From assembly GCA_963974345.1 (NCBI GenBank), contig CAXBBW010000018.1, positions 2,369 through 66,368 of the forward strand: a stretch of DNA of 64,000 nucleotides. The letters run 5' to 3'. Position 1 is the stretch's first letter. Each line of letters opens with the position of its first letter. The DNA is from an uncultured Balneolaceae bacterium. GTDB lineage: Bacteria > Bacteroidota > Rhodothermia > Balneolales > Balneolaceae. A model generated the notes under the pieces. The model did not search any database, was not told the origin of the DNA, and saw nothing but the letters and a program-made list of their open reading frames with translations. The position numbers and the translations under genes were made by a program. Of this stretch, positions 37,627 to 46,128 are shown one piece after another.

Positions 37627-39591
37627 TTAATCGGGTTCTACACTTACAAATCGTGCAATATTCCTAGACATCTCAATTCGAGTTAGAAACGACTGCATAA
37701 TCCTTAAATAAAGTTCTTTTCCAAGTATTTTATCCTCTATTCCAGCATCAATATTCGGGTTATCATTTACCTCAATAACATATACTTTGCCTTTCACTTC
37801 TTTCAAATCTACACCATACAACCCATCTCCCATTAAAGAAGCGGCTTTAGTTGCAGCTTGGATTACTTTCTTAGGCACTTCTGATAATGGTAGTGTCTCG
37901 AAATCACCAGATGGATCTTTTTCATCACTTTTCCAATCATAAATCTGCCAATGACCTTTTGCCATATAATATTTACATGCAAAGAGTGGTTGATTATCTA
38001 ACACTCCAATTCTCCAATCATAATCAGATGGTAGAAAAGCTTGTCCAATCACTAATTCCGACTTTTTAAAAAGTGCATTTAGATTTTCCTTAAGCTCAAT
38101 CTCATTATTTACTTTAAGAACACCAATTGAAAATGCACTATCTGGTTGCTTTAAAATAATCGGGTATACTATACTTTCTAGAAGCTTCTTTTTTAACTCA
38201 CCTTTAAAGAAAACATGCGTTTCGGGAGTATTTAAGTTATTTATTCTTAAGCGTTCATTAAGGTAAATCTTATTAGAACATCTTAGAATAGACCAAGGGT
38301 CATCAATTACAACCAGTCCTTCTGCATACGCTTTTCGAGCAAATTGATAGGTATAATTATTCACATTCGTTGTTTCCCTAATAAAAAGAGCATCGAACTC
38401 AGATAGTCTATTCAAATCATCTTTATGAATGTATTCTGTATAGAAATCCAAATCTTCAGCTATATCATTGAACAACTTCAAAGCCTTTTTATCTGAAGGC
38501 GGATGCTCTTCGTTTGGATTTACAAGAATCGCTAAATCGTACTTATACGGCTTCATTCTCTTTCGATGGAATCTCTTAGTTTCGAAGTATTTTTTTGCGA
38601 ACAGCTGAATATTTTCAAAATCACTAGCATCTACCTTATCCAGACTTTTCGGAATTATCTTTATTATTTCCCATTTGGTTGATTTAGAAAAGTAAACTCG
38701 AAATAATGGAGCTTCAAAAAGCTGGTAAATTTTTTGCCCTAAGTTTTTGAAAGAAGCATCAATGGTTTGTCCGAAATAAATATCCAGCTCTAATTTATCT
38801 CCACTAATTTTCTGAAGTGATTTTTGAATTATTTCATCGATATCATCGGTAATAGAACGAATAACACTCGTATCTTTCATATCACGAATGGTCGTTACGC
38901 TAGGTATAACACGGTGCTCTCTAGCTGATGCTAAAAGCGATACGTAATAACCCAGCGTCTGATATTTATATGAACTGCACAAATTGAATACTCTAAGATT
39001 TTTCCTAGAAAAAAAATCTGAATCTGAGGTATAATCCTTTGCTGAAATTACTTTTACATGATTAATATTAAGGTTCCAGCGTTTAGGTTTATCAACTACA
39101 ATTATATTAGTAACGCGATTTATATCTGATATTTGAGGCAGTTCAAATACCATTCGAAGTGCGTCTCTTCCTTCTTCATAGTAATCTTCGATAAGCTCCG
39201 TTGAATGATATCCAGATCTATTATACCACGAAATTAAAGAAGCATTATCCACATCAACTTCTAAAGAAATTCGTTCGAATCCATGTGAAATAGCAAAATT
39301 TTCGACGTATTTAAGCAATGAAATACCAACGCCAGTTCCTTGATATTCTGGTAATACAGCAATCGAAAATACTCTAAGAGTCCTTTTATGCATATGCACT
39401 GTAAGACTTCCTACTTCTTTCTTCGATTTACCTAAATTAATTTCAGCGAACCAAACTCTTTGAAAAGGACTGTTCAAACTCAACCTTAAAGTTCGGCGAG
39501 GGCATTGCTGAAAAGGTTGGAATGTAGATTTCTCAATATTTTCAAGAAGATTAAGGTCATTGAGTGTTGATCTTCTTATAGTAGCATTCAT
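37627..39591 (-). CDS. Fusion protein: N-terminal GNAT acetyltransferase plus C-terminal RimK-like ATP-grasp ligase
   Basis: GNAT block RVFSIAVLPEYQGTGVGISLLKYVENFAISHGF in the first ~150 aa. ATP-grasp blocks (YPIILKQPDSAFSIGV, GQAFLPSDYDWRIGVL, GVDLKEVKGKVYVIEVNDNP) at the C-terminus. Confidence 0.75.
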   Translation of the reverse strand: MNATIRRSTLNDLNLLENIEKSTFQPFQQCPRRTLRLSLNSPFQRVWFAEINLGKSKKEVGSLTVHMHKRTLRVFSIAVLPEYQGTGVGISLLKYVENFAISHGFERISLEVDVDNASLISWYNRSGYHSTELIEDYYEEGRDALRMVFELPQISDINRVTNIIVVDKPKRWNLNINHVKVISAKDYTSDSDFFSRKNLRVFNLCSSYKYQTLGYYVSLLASAREHRVIPSVTTIRDMKDTSVIRSITDDIDEIIQKSLQKISGDKLELDIYFGQTIDASFKNLGQKIYQLFEAPLFRVYFSKSTKWEIIKIIPKSLDKVDASDFENIQLFAKKYFETKRFHRKRMKPYKYDLAILVNPNEEHPPSDKKALKLFNDIAEDLDFYTEYIHKDDLNRLSEFDALFIRETTNVNNYTYQFARKAYAEGLVVIDDPWSILRCSNKIYLNERLRINNLNTPETHVFFKGELKKKLLESIVYPIILKQPDSAFSIGVLKVNNEIELKENLNALFKKSELVIGQAFLPSDYDWRIGVLDNQPLFACKYYMAKGHWQIYDWKSDEKDPSGDFETLPLSEVPKKVIQAATKAASLMGDGLYGVDLKEVKGKVYVIEVNDNPNIDAGIEDKILGKELYLRIMQSFLTRIEMSRNIARFVSVEPD

Positions 39592-39746
39592 CCAAAAAAT
39601 AATTAATTAAGTTCCAATAGTACGGCTATTACAAACAAGTTAAATCAATCGAAAAAAGAAAATATTTAATATTAGTTACCTTGATTAAAGTAGATTAAGA
39701 CTAATATTTTACTTTCCTTGTATGATAACTAACCATTTGTAGTACA

Positions 39747-40199
39747 ATGAAATACTTCTTTTGCATTCTTTTCTTTTTTGGAGTTAATACTATGACAACT
39801 GCTCAAAATTTTGACCTAACTTTTAATCATTATGCTATAAATGTTGAAGATCTACAAACAAGCGTAGATTTTTATGAAAATGTGATGGGTTTAACACAAA
39901 TCACAAATCAAACCCAAAATAATAACATTCGATGGTTTGGGATTGGCGATCACTTAGAACTGCATGTAATCCAGGCAGATACTAAGAATATCAGTTTAAT
40001 TAAAGGAGTTCATCTTTCCTTTACTCTTTCAAATTTAGATGATTTTGTTAAACACTTAAGTTCTAAGGAAGTTTACTACGAAAGTTGGCAGGGTGAAGCT
40101 TTAACAACTAACACTAGACCAGATGGAATAAAACAGATTTATTTACAAGACCCAGATGGTTATTGGATAGAAATTAACGACGCTGCTGCACAATACTAA
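39747..40199 (+). CDS. VOC (glyoxalase/bleomycin-resistance) family protein with signal peptide
   Basis: FNHYAINVEDLQTSVDFYENVMGL ... YLQDPDGYWIEIND. Confidence 0.7.
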   Translation: MKYFFCILFFFGVNTMTTAQNFDLTFNHYAINVEDLQTSVDFYENVMGLTQITNQTQNNNIRWFGIGDHLELHVIQADTKNISLIKGVHLSFTLSNLDDFVKHLSSKEVYYESWQGEALTTNTRPDGIKQIYLQDPDGYWIEINDAAAQY

Positions 40200-40214
40200 C
40201 CAAACCTTAAACAT

Positions 40215-41129
40215 ATGAAGAACCTAACCTGTTCAGCATTATACTTAATCGCATTATGCGGGATTATAACCTCATGTGATTCCCCAGAACAACTAATCCG
40301 TGAATCTTATGTGAGCGAAATAGCCGGAGAAGAGCGTGATTACTTCGTCTACCTACCAAAGAACTACGAAACCCAACCTAATAAAGAATGGCCAGTACTC
40401 ATGTTTCTACATGGTAATGGCGAACGAGGAGACGGAAAAGAGGAACTCGACTTTGCAATGGTTCATGGTCCACTTATGGAAGCTTGGGTTCAAAAAAGAG
40501 ATCTTCCATTTATAATAATAAGTCCACAGCTACATATGTTTGGTCTTGATACGGTTGGAATAGACTATCTTACTAATCGAGACACAAATAACATTCCAAG
40601 AAGACTTGAACAAGGAGTGCCAGATAGAGAACCAGATTTTAGAACACAAGATCGAATTGAGGCGGAACCACATATAGAAGAATTCAGTGATAATCTTCCT
40701 CTAAGTGAATTTGGTTGGGATAGGGTTCAACATGATTTAATTGGAATGCTAGATCACGTTATTGAAAATTATAACACTGACACAAACAGAGTTTATCTTT
40801 CTGGGTTAAGCTACGGTGGATTTGGGACATGGTATATGGGAAGCCATTATCCAGAACGTTTTGCTGCTATCAGTCCTGTTGTTGGCTGGGGACACCCCTC
40901 TTTAATGCCTTCTATAGCAAAAGCAAAACTTCCAGTTTGGGTTTTCGCAGGTGGAAGAGATAATACGGTTGAAAAGAAATATTTTTTTGAAGGATTAAAT
41001 GTGTTGGAGGAACTAGGACATGAAGAAGTATTATTTACTATTCATGAAGATATGAACCATGACACATGGAAGCGTGTATATGCGGGAGAAGATATTTATA
41101 CGTGGTTACTCTCTCATTCAAAAAAATAG
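40215..41129 (+). CDS. Alpha/beta-hydrolase esterase lipoprotein (phospholipase/carboxylesterase or PHB-depolymerase-like)
   Basis: Lipobox ITSC; LMFLHGNGERGDG; nucleophile elbow GLSYGG; C-terminal H in NHDTW. Confidence 0.65.
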   Translation: MKNLTCSALYLIALCGIITSCDSPEQLIRESYVSEIAGEERDYFVYLPKNYETQPNKEWPVLMFLHGNGERGDGKEELDFAMVHGPLMEAWVQKRDLPFIIISPQLHMFGLDTVGIDYLTNRDTNNIPRRLEQGVPDREPDFRTQDRIEAEPHIEEFSDNLPLSEFGWDRVQHDLIGMLDHVIENYNTDTNRVYLSGLSYGGFGTWYMGSHYPERFAAISPVVGWGHPSLMPSIAKAKLPVWVFAGGRDNTVEKKYFFEGLNVLEELGHEEVLFTIHEDMNHDTWKRVYAGEDIYTWLLSHSKK

Positions 41130-41238
41130 AATTAGGCACATTCTATATGCTTCATTGTTTAATACTATGTTAGTTTCCTGAACAAAATAGTCCTCATCTT
41201 TGTTTAAACAAGTGAAATCAAACAAAAAAATATTACTT

Positions 41239-41745
41239 ATGGATACACTAATAGAAGATCAGGAAATATTAAACAGAATTGGGCTAAACCAGAAAAAAAG
41301 TGAAGAACTTGCTGACCAACTAAATAATTTATTAGCTAATTATTCAGTCTTCTATCAAAATGTGCGCGGTTATCACTGGAATGTACAAGGAGATCAGTTT
41401 TTTGTACTCCATGAACAGTTTGAAGAACTATATGAAGACTTATTTCAAAAGATTGATGAAATAGCAGAACGAGCTTTAACCCTTGGATATCACCCCGATC
41501 ACAACTTTACAAAGTATTTAACTATCTCAGAAATACCCGAAAGTCATGAAGTTAAAAATGGGGCCAAAGCAGTCGAAGAAATTCTAAGTGCCTTTAAAAC
41601 TATACTACAAAAACAACGAACACTTTTAAATCTCTCTGAACTGGCAGATGATGAAGGTACAAATGCACTAATGAGTGATTATATATCAGAACAGGAAAAA
41701 ATGGTTTGGATGTATTCTGCTTTTCTTAAAGAACCAACCATTTGA
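41239..41745 (+). CDS. dps: Dps family DNA-protection/ferritin-like protein
   Basis: VFYQNVRGYHWNVQGDQFFVLHEQFEELYEDLFQKIDEIAERALTLG. ATG at 41239 is preferred to the longer TTG ORF at 41200. Confidence 0.85.
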   Translation: MDTLIEDQEILNRIGLNQKKSEELADQLNNLLANYSVFYQNVRGYHWNVQGDQFFVLHEQFEELYEDLFQKIDEIAERALTLGYHPDHNFTKYLTISEIPESHEVKNGAKAVEEILSAFKTILQKQRTLLNLSELADDEGTNALMSDYISEQEKMVWMYSAFLKEPTI

Positions 41746-41766
41746 AAAAATCAGTAATTAATTTCA

Positions 41767-41797
41767 AATCCCGCTTTACTTCAAAGTGGGATTTTTT
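41767..41797 (+). terminator. Rho-independent terminator after dps
   Basis: AATCCCGCTTT (41767-41777) pairs with AAAGTGGGATT (41783-41793), 11 bp with one G-U, followed by a T-run to 41797. Confidence 0.75.
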
Positions 41798-41808
41798 AAT
41801 TTCTGGGT

Positions 41809-42159
41809 ATGTTTAAAGACCTAGACCAGTTTTATGAAACGTAGAATGAACCCAATAAAAGTTGTTTATTGACATTAAGAGATTTCATTCTAGATTTTAA
41901 TGACCAAATCAGCCAAACCATTAAATACGGTATGACCTGCTTTGTATTTAAAAAAAGACATTTTTGTTACCTAGCAACTGATAAAAAAACGAATAATCCG
42001 TACATTTTAATTGTGGAAGGAAGAAACATTGAGCACCCTTTACTAGTACAAGGCGATCGCAAACGAATGAAAGTTCTACCAATTAATCCAATGGAAGATA
42101 TTCCGATTTCTGCAATCAACGAAATCTTTACAAAAGCTCTCCAATTTTATACAAACTGA
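41809..42159 (+). pseudogene. DUF1801/YdhG-like gene interrupted by an in-frame TAG (41842-41844)
   Basis: ATG 41809 gives MFKDLDQFYET*NEPNKSCLLTLRDFILDF...IKYGMTCFVFKK, in the same frame as the listed ORF 41869-42159. The N-terminal piece matches the usual start of this family. Confidence 0.5.
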
Positions 42160-42163
42160 AATA

Positions 42164-43384
42164 GTGCATAAAAGTCTCTACCCTATTTTCTTTATCATTT
42201 TCGCTGCTACTATTTGGTTCACTCAAAGTGAAGTTGAACCCGTTGAAATCCCTCTTAAAATTATAGAAAAAGCTCAAATTATTGATGATTCCACAAAAGC
42301 TTTTTTGAATGAGTTCGAGCTAAAAGTTGAAGAAGGAATGAAACAACGAGGAATACCTGGCGGTGCAATTGTTATTACGAGAGGAACAGATATTATTTTT
42401 CAAAAAGGGTTTGGAGTAAAGGTTAAAAGCACAACCGATTCTGTTGATATACATACCGTTTTTCGACTTGGAAGTGTCTCAAAAGGCTTCGCTTCCATTC
42501 TTGCAGGAACAATGGTAGAGGATGAACTTATGCACTGGAATGACCCTGTAGTTTCTTACGTTCCTGAATTTGAATTAAATGATTCTGATCAAACTCAACG
42601 AGTTCAAATTAACCATTTGCTATCGCATACATCAGGTCTTCCACGTCATGCTTACACAAATCTTGTTGAAGACGGTCTTTCATTAAATAGAATTATTCCA
42701 AGATTTAGTAATGTAGAGTTAATTAGTGAAGAAGGAGTCCAATTAGCCTACCAAAATGCAGCTTATGCAATTATTGAAAAAGTAATAGAATCTAAGGCTG
42801 ATACTACTTTCGGTGGAGAATTAAAAAATAAGCTATTTGATCCATTGCTGATGAGTAATGCAAGTACTACTCATAAAGAGTTAGTAGAAAATAAGAACAA
42901 AGCCATGCCACACCTCTATCATTCTAGAAGAAAGGGCTTACTTCCTACTCCAATCAGTAAGAAATATTATAATGCTATTTCTGCAGGAGGAATTAATGCA
43001 TCCATATCAGATATGGGCAATTGGTTATTGATGTTGACGGGTAATAATCCCGAAATAATTTCTAATGAAACACTTGATCAAATCTTTGAGCCTATAGCTT
43101 CGATTAACAACCGTCGTTTTAGCCGTTATTGGGATGAGGTTAATGAATCTTTTTATGGTTTAGGTTGGCGTATTCTAGATAATTATGGTCAAAAAATTGT
43201 CTATCATGGTGGATATGTGAATGGCTATCGAAGTGAAATAGCATTTGATAAAGAGAATAAAATTGGAATCTGTATTTTATTCAATTCCCCTTCTAGCTAT
43301 GCACTTCAAGTAATTCCTGATTTCTTTAATGAGTTCATGCCATCAAAAGCTACTCAGCAGCGTGAAACATCATTGAGTAAATAA
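42164..43384 (+). CDS. Serine hydrolase, class C beta-lactamase/penicillin-binding family
   Basis: SxxK motif GSVSKGF; YQNAAY (YxN); HGG near the C-terminus. GTG start. Confidence 0.75.
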   Translation: MHKSLYPIFFIIFAATIWFTQSEVEPVEIPLKIIEKAQIIDDSTKAFLNEFELKVEEGMKQRGIPGGAIVITRGTDIIFQKGFGVKVKSTTDSVDIHTVFRLGSVSKGFASILAGTMVEDELMHWNDPVVSYVPEFELNDSDQTQRVQINHLLSHTSGLPRHAYTNLVEDGLSLNRIIPRFSNVELISEEGVQLAYQNAAYAIIEKVIESKADTTFGGELKNKLFDPLLMSNASTTHKELVENKNKAMPHLYHSRRKGLLPTPISKKYYNAISAGGINASISDMGNWLLMLTGNNPEIISNETLDQIFEPIASINNRRFSRYWDEVNESFYGLGWRILDNYGQKIVYHGGYVNGYRSEIAFDKENKIGICILFNSPSSYALQVIPDFFNEFMPSKATQQRETSLSK

Positions 43385-43405
43385 TTAAACTTTTAAAACA
43401 ACTAA

Positions 43406-44500
43406 GTGACTAAGAATCTCAATATTAAGCGCTACCCTGCTACCGAGAATAAATCGCTACAAGCCTGGAATGCCTCTGATGAGTACATACTTTCCTATGT
43501 AAATGATCACCAGCTCTCAGATAAAAGAACAGTGATTTTTAATGATCGATTTGGGTTTTTAGGATGTCACTTGTCTTCATCAAATGCAATTCAAATTATC
43601 AACTATAAGAGTGAGCAAAAAGCTTTACAGTTCAATCTTAAGAACAACGAGTTAGTACTTAATGAGGGTTCAATATTATTTCCATTATCCGAGTTACCTA
43701 GTGGCATTCAACTTGGAATAATTAAAGTTCCAAAATCTATTGAATTGTTTGAATTCTACCTTTCTAAGCTATCAAAAAGTATTAATAAGGATGGTGTTGT
43801 ACTTTGCGGTTTTATGACTAAATACTTCAATAAAAGCATGGTTTCTGCTGCAGAAACCTATTTTGAAGAGGTAGAACAAAGCCTAGCTTGGAAAAAATCA
43901 AGGATACTTATTCTTAAAAAACCAAAGGATATTGAAGGCAAGAATCCTATTCAGTCCTTTAGCTTCTCGCATTCTTTAACTGGTGATATAGAAATCAATC
44001 AATATCCTGGAGTTTTTTCTTCAAAAAGGATTGATCAAGCGACTGAATTTTTTCTAGATCACTTAGGAGTCACTGATAATGTTGATCGAATTTTAGACCT
44101 TGCATCAGGAAATGGAATACTTGGCATAACTGCTAAAACTATCAACCCAAAAAGTGAAATTACATTAGTTGATGATTCTTTCTTAGCAGTTGAATCCTCT
44201 AGATTGAATCTAAATTCTGAGAATACTCATTTCAAATGGAAAGATACGCTGGAAGATTTTGAAAGTGAGTATTTTGACCTAGTAATTTCCAATCCTCCCT
44301 TCCACTTCGAGTTTGAAACCAATATCGAGGTTTCAATTTTTTTATTTAAAGAAGTCTACCGATGTTTAAAAATAGGTGGGAGATTTCGATCGGTGGCAAG
44401 TAAACACCTCAATTTTAAAACTCATTTAGATTCGTTGTTTTCTTCTACCAAAATAGTTGCTGAAACCACCAAGTTCGTGGTTTATGAAAGCGTGAAGTAA
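43406..44500 (+). CDS. rRNA (guanine-N2)-methyltransferase, RlmG/RsmC-like
   Basis: Two-domain length (364 aa). LDLASGNGILG SAM motif and NPPFH catalytic motif. Confidence 0.7.
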   Translation: MTKNLNIKRYPATENKSLQAWNASDEYILSYVNDHQLSDKRTVIFNDRFGFLGCHLSSSNAIQIINYKSEQKALQFNLKNNELVLNEGSILFPLSELPSGIQLGIIKVPKSIELFEFYLSKLSKSINKDGVVLCGFMTKYFNKSMVSAAETYFEEVEQSLAWKKSRILILKKPKDIEGKNPIQSFSFSHSLTGDIEINQYPGVFSSKRIDQATEFFLDHLGVTDNVDRILDLASGNGILGITAKTINPKSEITLVDDSFLAVESSRLNLNSENTHFKWKDTLEDFESEYFDLVISNPPFHFEFETNIEVSIFLFKEVYRCLKIGGRFRSVASKHLNFKTHLDSLFSSTKIVAETTKFVVYESVK

Positions 44501-44525
44501 TAGGTTTGTAGTTTACATCCAAAGA

Positions 44526-44553
44526 GATACTTCAGAAGTATCCTCAGAAGGAC
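44526..44553 (-). repeat. Solo variant of the GIY-YIG-element terminal motif between convergent genes
   Basis: GATACTTCAGAAGTATCCTCAGAAGGAC aligns with 27166-27193 and 56223-56250. It contains the hairpin GATACTT-CAG-AAGTATC. Confidence 0.5.
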
Positions 44554-44622
44554 TAGTTAGTTTATTCTTTTCTTCGATTAACTTTTAGTTTAGTTCGGCA
44601 TTCATCCATTTCATTCACATAA

Positions 44623-45489
44623 TTATTTAGCCAACAACCCACTATCTCTCATCCAGTCTTCTAATCTTCTTGACCAGGTTCTAATACCATTCAATTCCGA
44701 TCGATCTCCCATATTAAAAGCATGATCACCATGTGTATAGATATGTGCTTCAAAAGGCGCGCCTGCTTTACGGTACGCTAAAAGCAATTTTATAATTGGC
44801 TCGGAGCAACATTCATCATTATTAGAAACTACTCCAAACGTAGATGGAGCATCTTTAGTAACTAAGTCAGGTATAAATAGTGGCCCAGGATAAACTAGAA
44901 TTTGAAAGTTCGGTTTCGAGCTTATTCCATCAATTTGATCTCTAATCGTTTGATGTTCGGTTCCATCTCCATATGCAACTAGTGCAGCAGTTTCTCCACC
45001 TGCCGAAAATCCTACTATGCCAATACGTTTTGGGTCAAATCCCCATTGTTCTGCATATGCTCTTGCAATACGAACACTACGATGCGCATCTTGCGCATTA
45101 TGTATTTCCAGATTATATGGAGAATCCTCTTCCCTCGCCAACCGATATTTAATTACAATTGCAGTGACACCAATCGAGTTAAAAAACTTGGCAGCTTTTA
45201 CCCCTTCAGAGTTGTAAACTAGATTCATATGACCTCCACCTGGAAAAATAACTACAGCCGTTCCATTAGCTATTTCAGGATCGGCTAAAAATACATTGGC
45301 TGTTGGATTATGAATATTTCGGACCCACCAATCGGCAGCCTGTTCAGGTTCGTCTTTTCTATCCTCGAAACCAGGAGCACCGTTTTCCCAAAGCGGAACA
45401 ACAATTGGTTCAGTTTGGGCAAATACATTTGTATTGATTATCGCTAATGTACAAACTGCTAAAAATATTGAGACTAATCTAAACTTCAT
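44623..45489 (-). CDS. Secreted alpha/beta-hydrolase esterase
   Basis: Signal peptide; HGGG-like FPGGGH; nucleophile GFSAGG; C-terminal GDHAF. Confidence 0.7.
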   Translation of the reverse strand: MKFRLVSIFLAVCTLAIINTNVFAQTEPIVVPLWENGAPGFEDRKDEPEQAADWWVRNIHNPTANVFLADPEIANGTAVVIFPGGGHMNLVYNSEGVKAAKFFNSIGVTAIVIKYRLAREEDSPYNLEIHNAQDAHRSVRIARAYAEQWGFDPKRIGIVGFSAGGETAALVAYGDGTEHQTIRDQIDGISSKPNFQILVYPGPLFIPDLVTKDAPSTFGVVSNNDECCSEPIIKLLLAYRKAGAPFEAHIYTHGDHAFNMGDRSELNGIRTWSRRLEDWMRDSGLLAK

Positions 45490-45870
45490 TTAAGGCTGCA
45501 AAATAGTTATTGAGAGGCGCTAAAGTATTGATGGGTAGAGTTATAAACAAACTTGATTTAGCATATTGAAAACTGCACCTAGAAAGAACAAAAACCAACC
45601 AATTATCAAATCAATAATCTCAGGTTCATTACCATAAATTTCTTTGTACTCTTTCTACTTAAGATGTAGGGAAGTTAGCTCATTAGAAAGATATTGGGCT
45701 CCTTTCCCTGAATTGGATTGAAAACTTTATAAGTATTCCTTTTCTATTTCATCAGGAGTATATGTCATGAATTTAGTTAAGGCTACATAACGTCCCTGCG
45801 TTTAAACGACGAAGGTTTTCAATTGAATGGAAAGTAACATAATTAATGAATTAGCTGAAAGTTAAACTTT

Positions 45871-46115
45871 GCGGAGCCACTACCCGAAGCCTGTACTGAA
45901 CTTGATTCAGTCTCAGCCTTATAATGCTTATATAAGATTCATATTAGATCACTTTCGCGCTGCTCGTGAATGGAAACACTTGCAAGGATCCCGATACTTC
46001 GGCAGACAAAGCAATCCTTGGTGTATGGGAGGGGTAACTTCTTCGCCAGCTGGTGGATCGTGAAGGGGTACATTTTCAACTCGCTCCGATGCTCTGTGTA
46101 GGAGTGCATCCCTTG
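45871..46115 (+). ncRNA. Candidate structured RNA or conserved non-coding element; strand and identity unknown
   Basis: A stretch with ~50% G+C by eye sits in an AT-rich spacer. Long-range helix CGGAGC (45872-45877) / GCTCCG (46083-46088); inner helices CAAGGAT (45983-45989) / ATCCTTG (46014-46020), CTGAA-CTTGA-TTCAG, CCGA-TACT-TCGG; terminal hairpin GATGC...GCATC followed by a T-run. Confidence 0.25.
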
Positions 46116-46128
46116 AGTTTATATTTTT

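Noticed and set aside
37627-39591. Calling the GNAT-ATP-grasp protein Ngg (NAGGN synthase) outright
   Set aside because: The expected asnO-like and peptidase partner genes are not adjacent, and I cannot run the family HMM. It is kept as a hypothesis only.
45869-46063. 64-aa ORF in the esterase upstream spacer
   Set aside because: It has no protein-like features. The region is better explained by base-paired structure and is reported as a candidate RNA.
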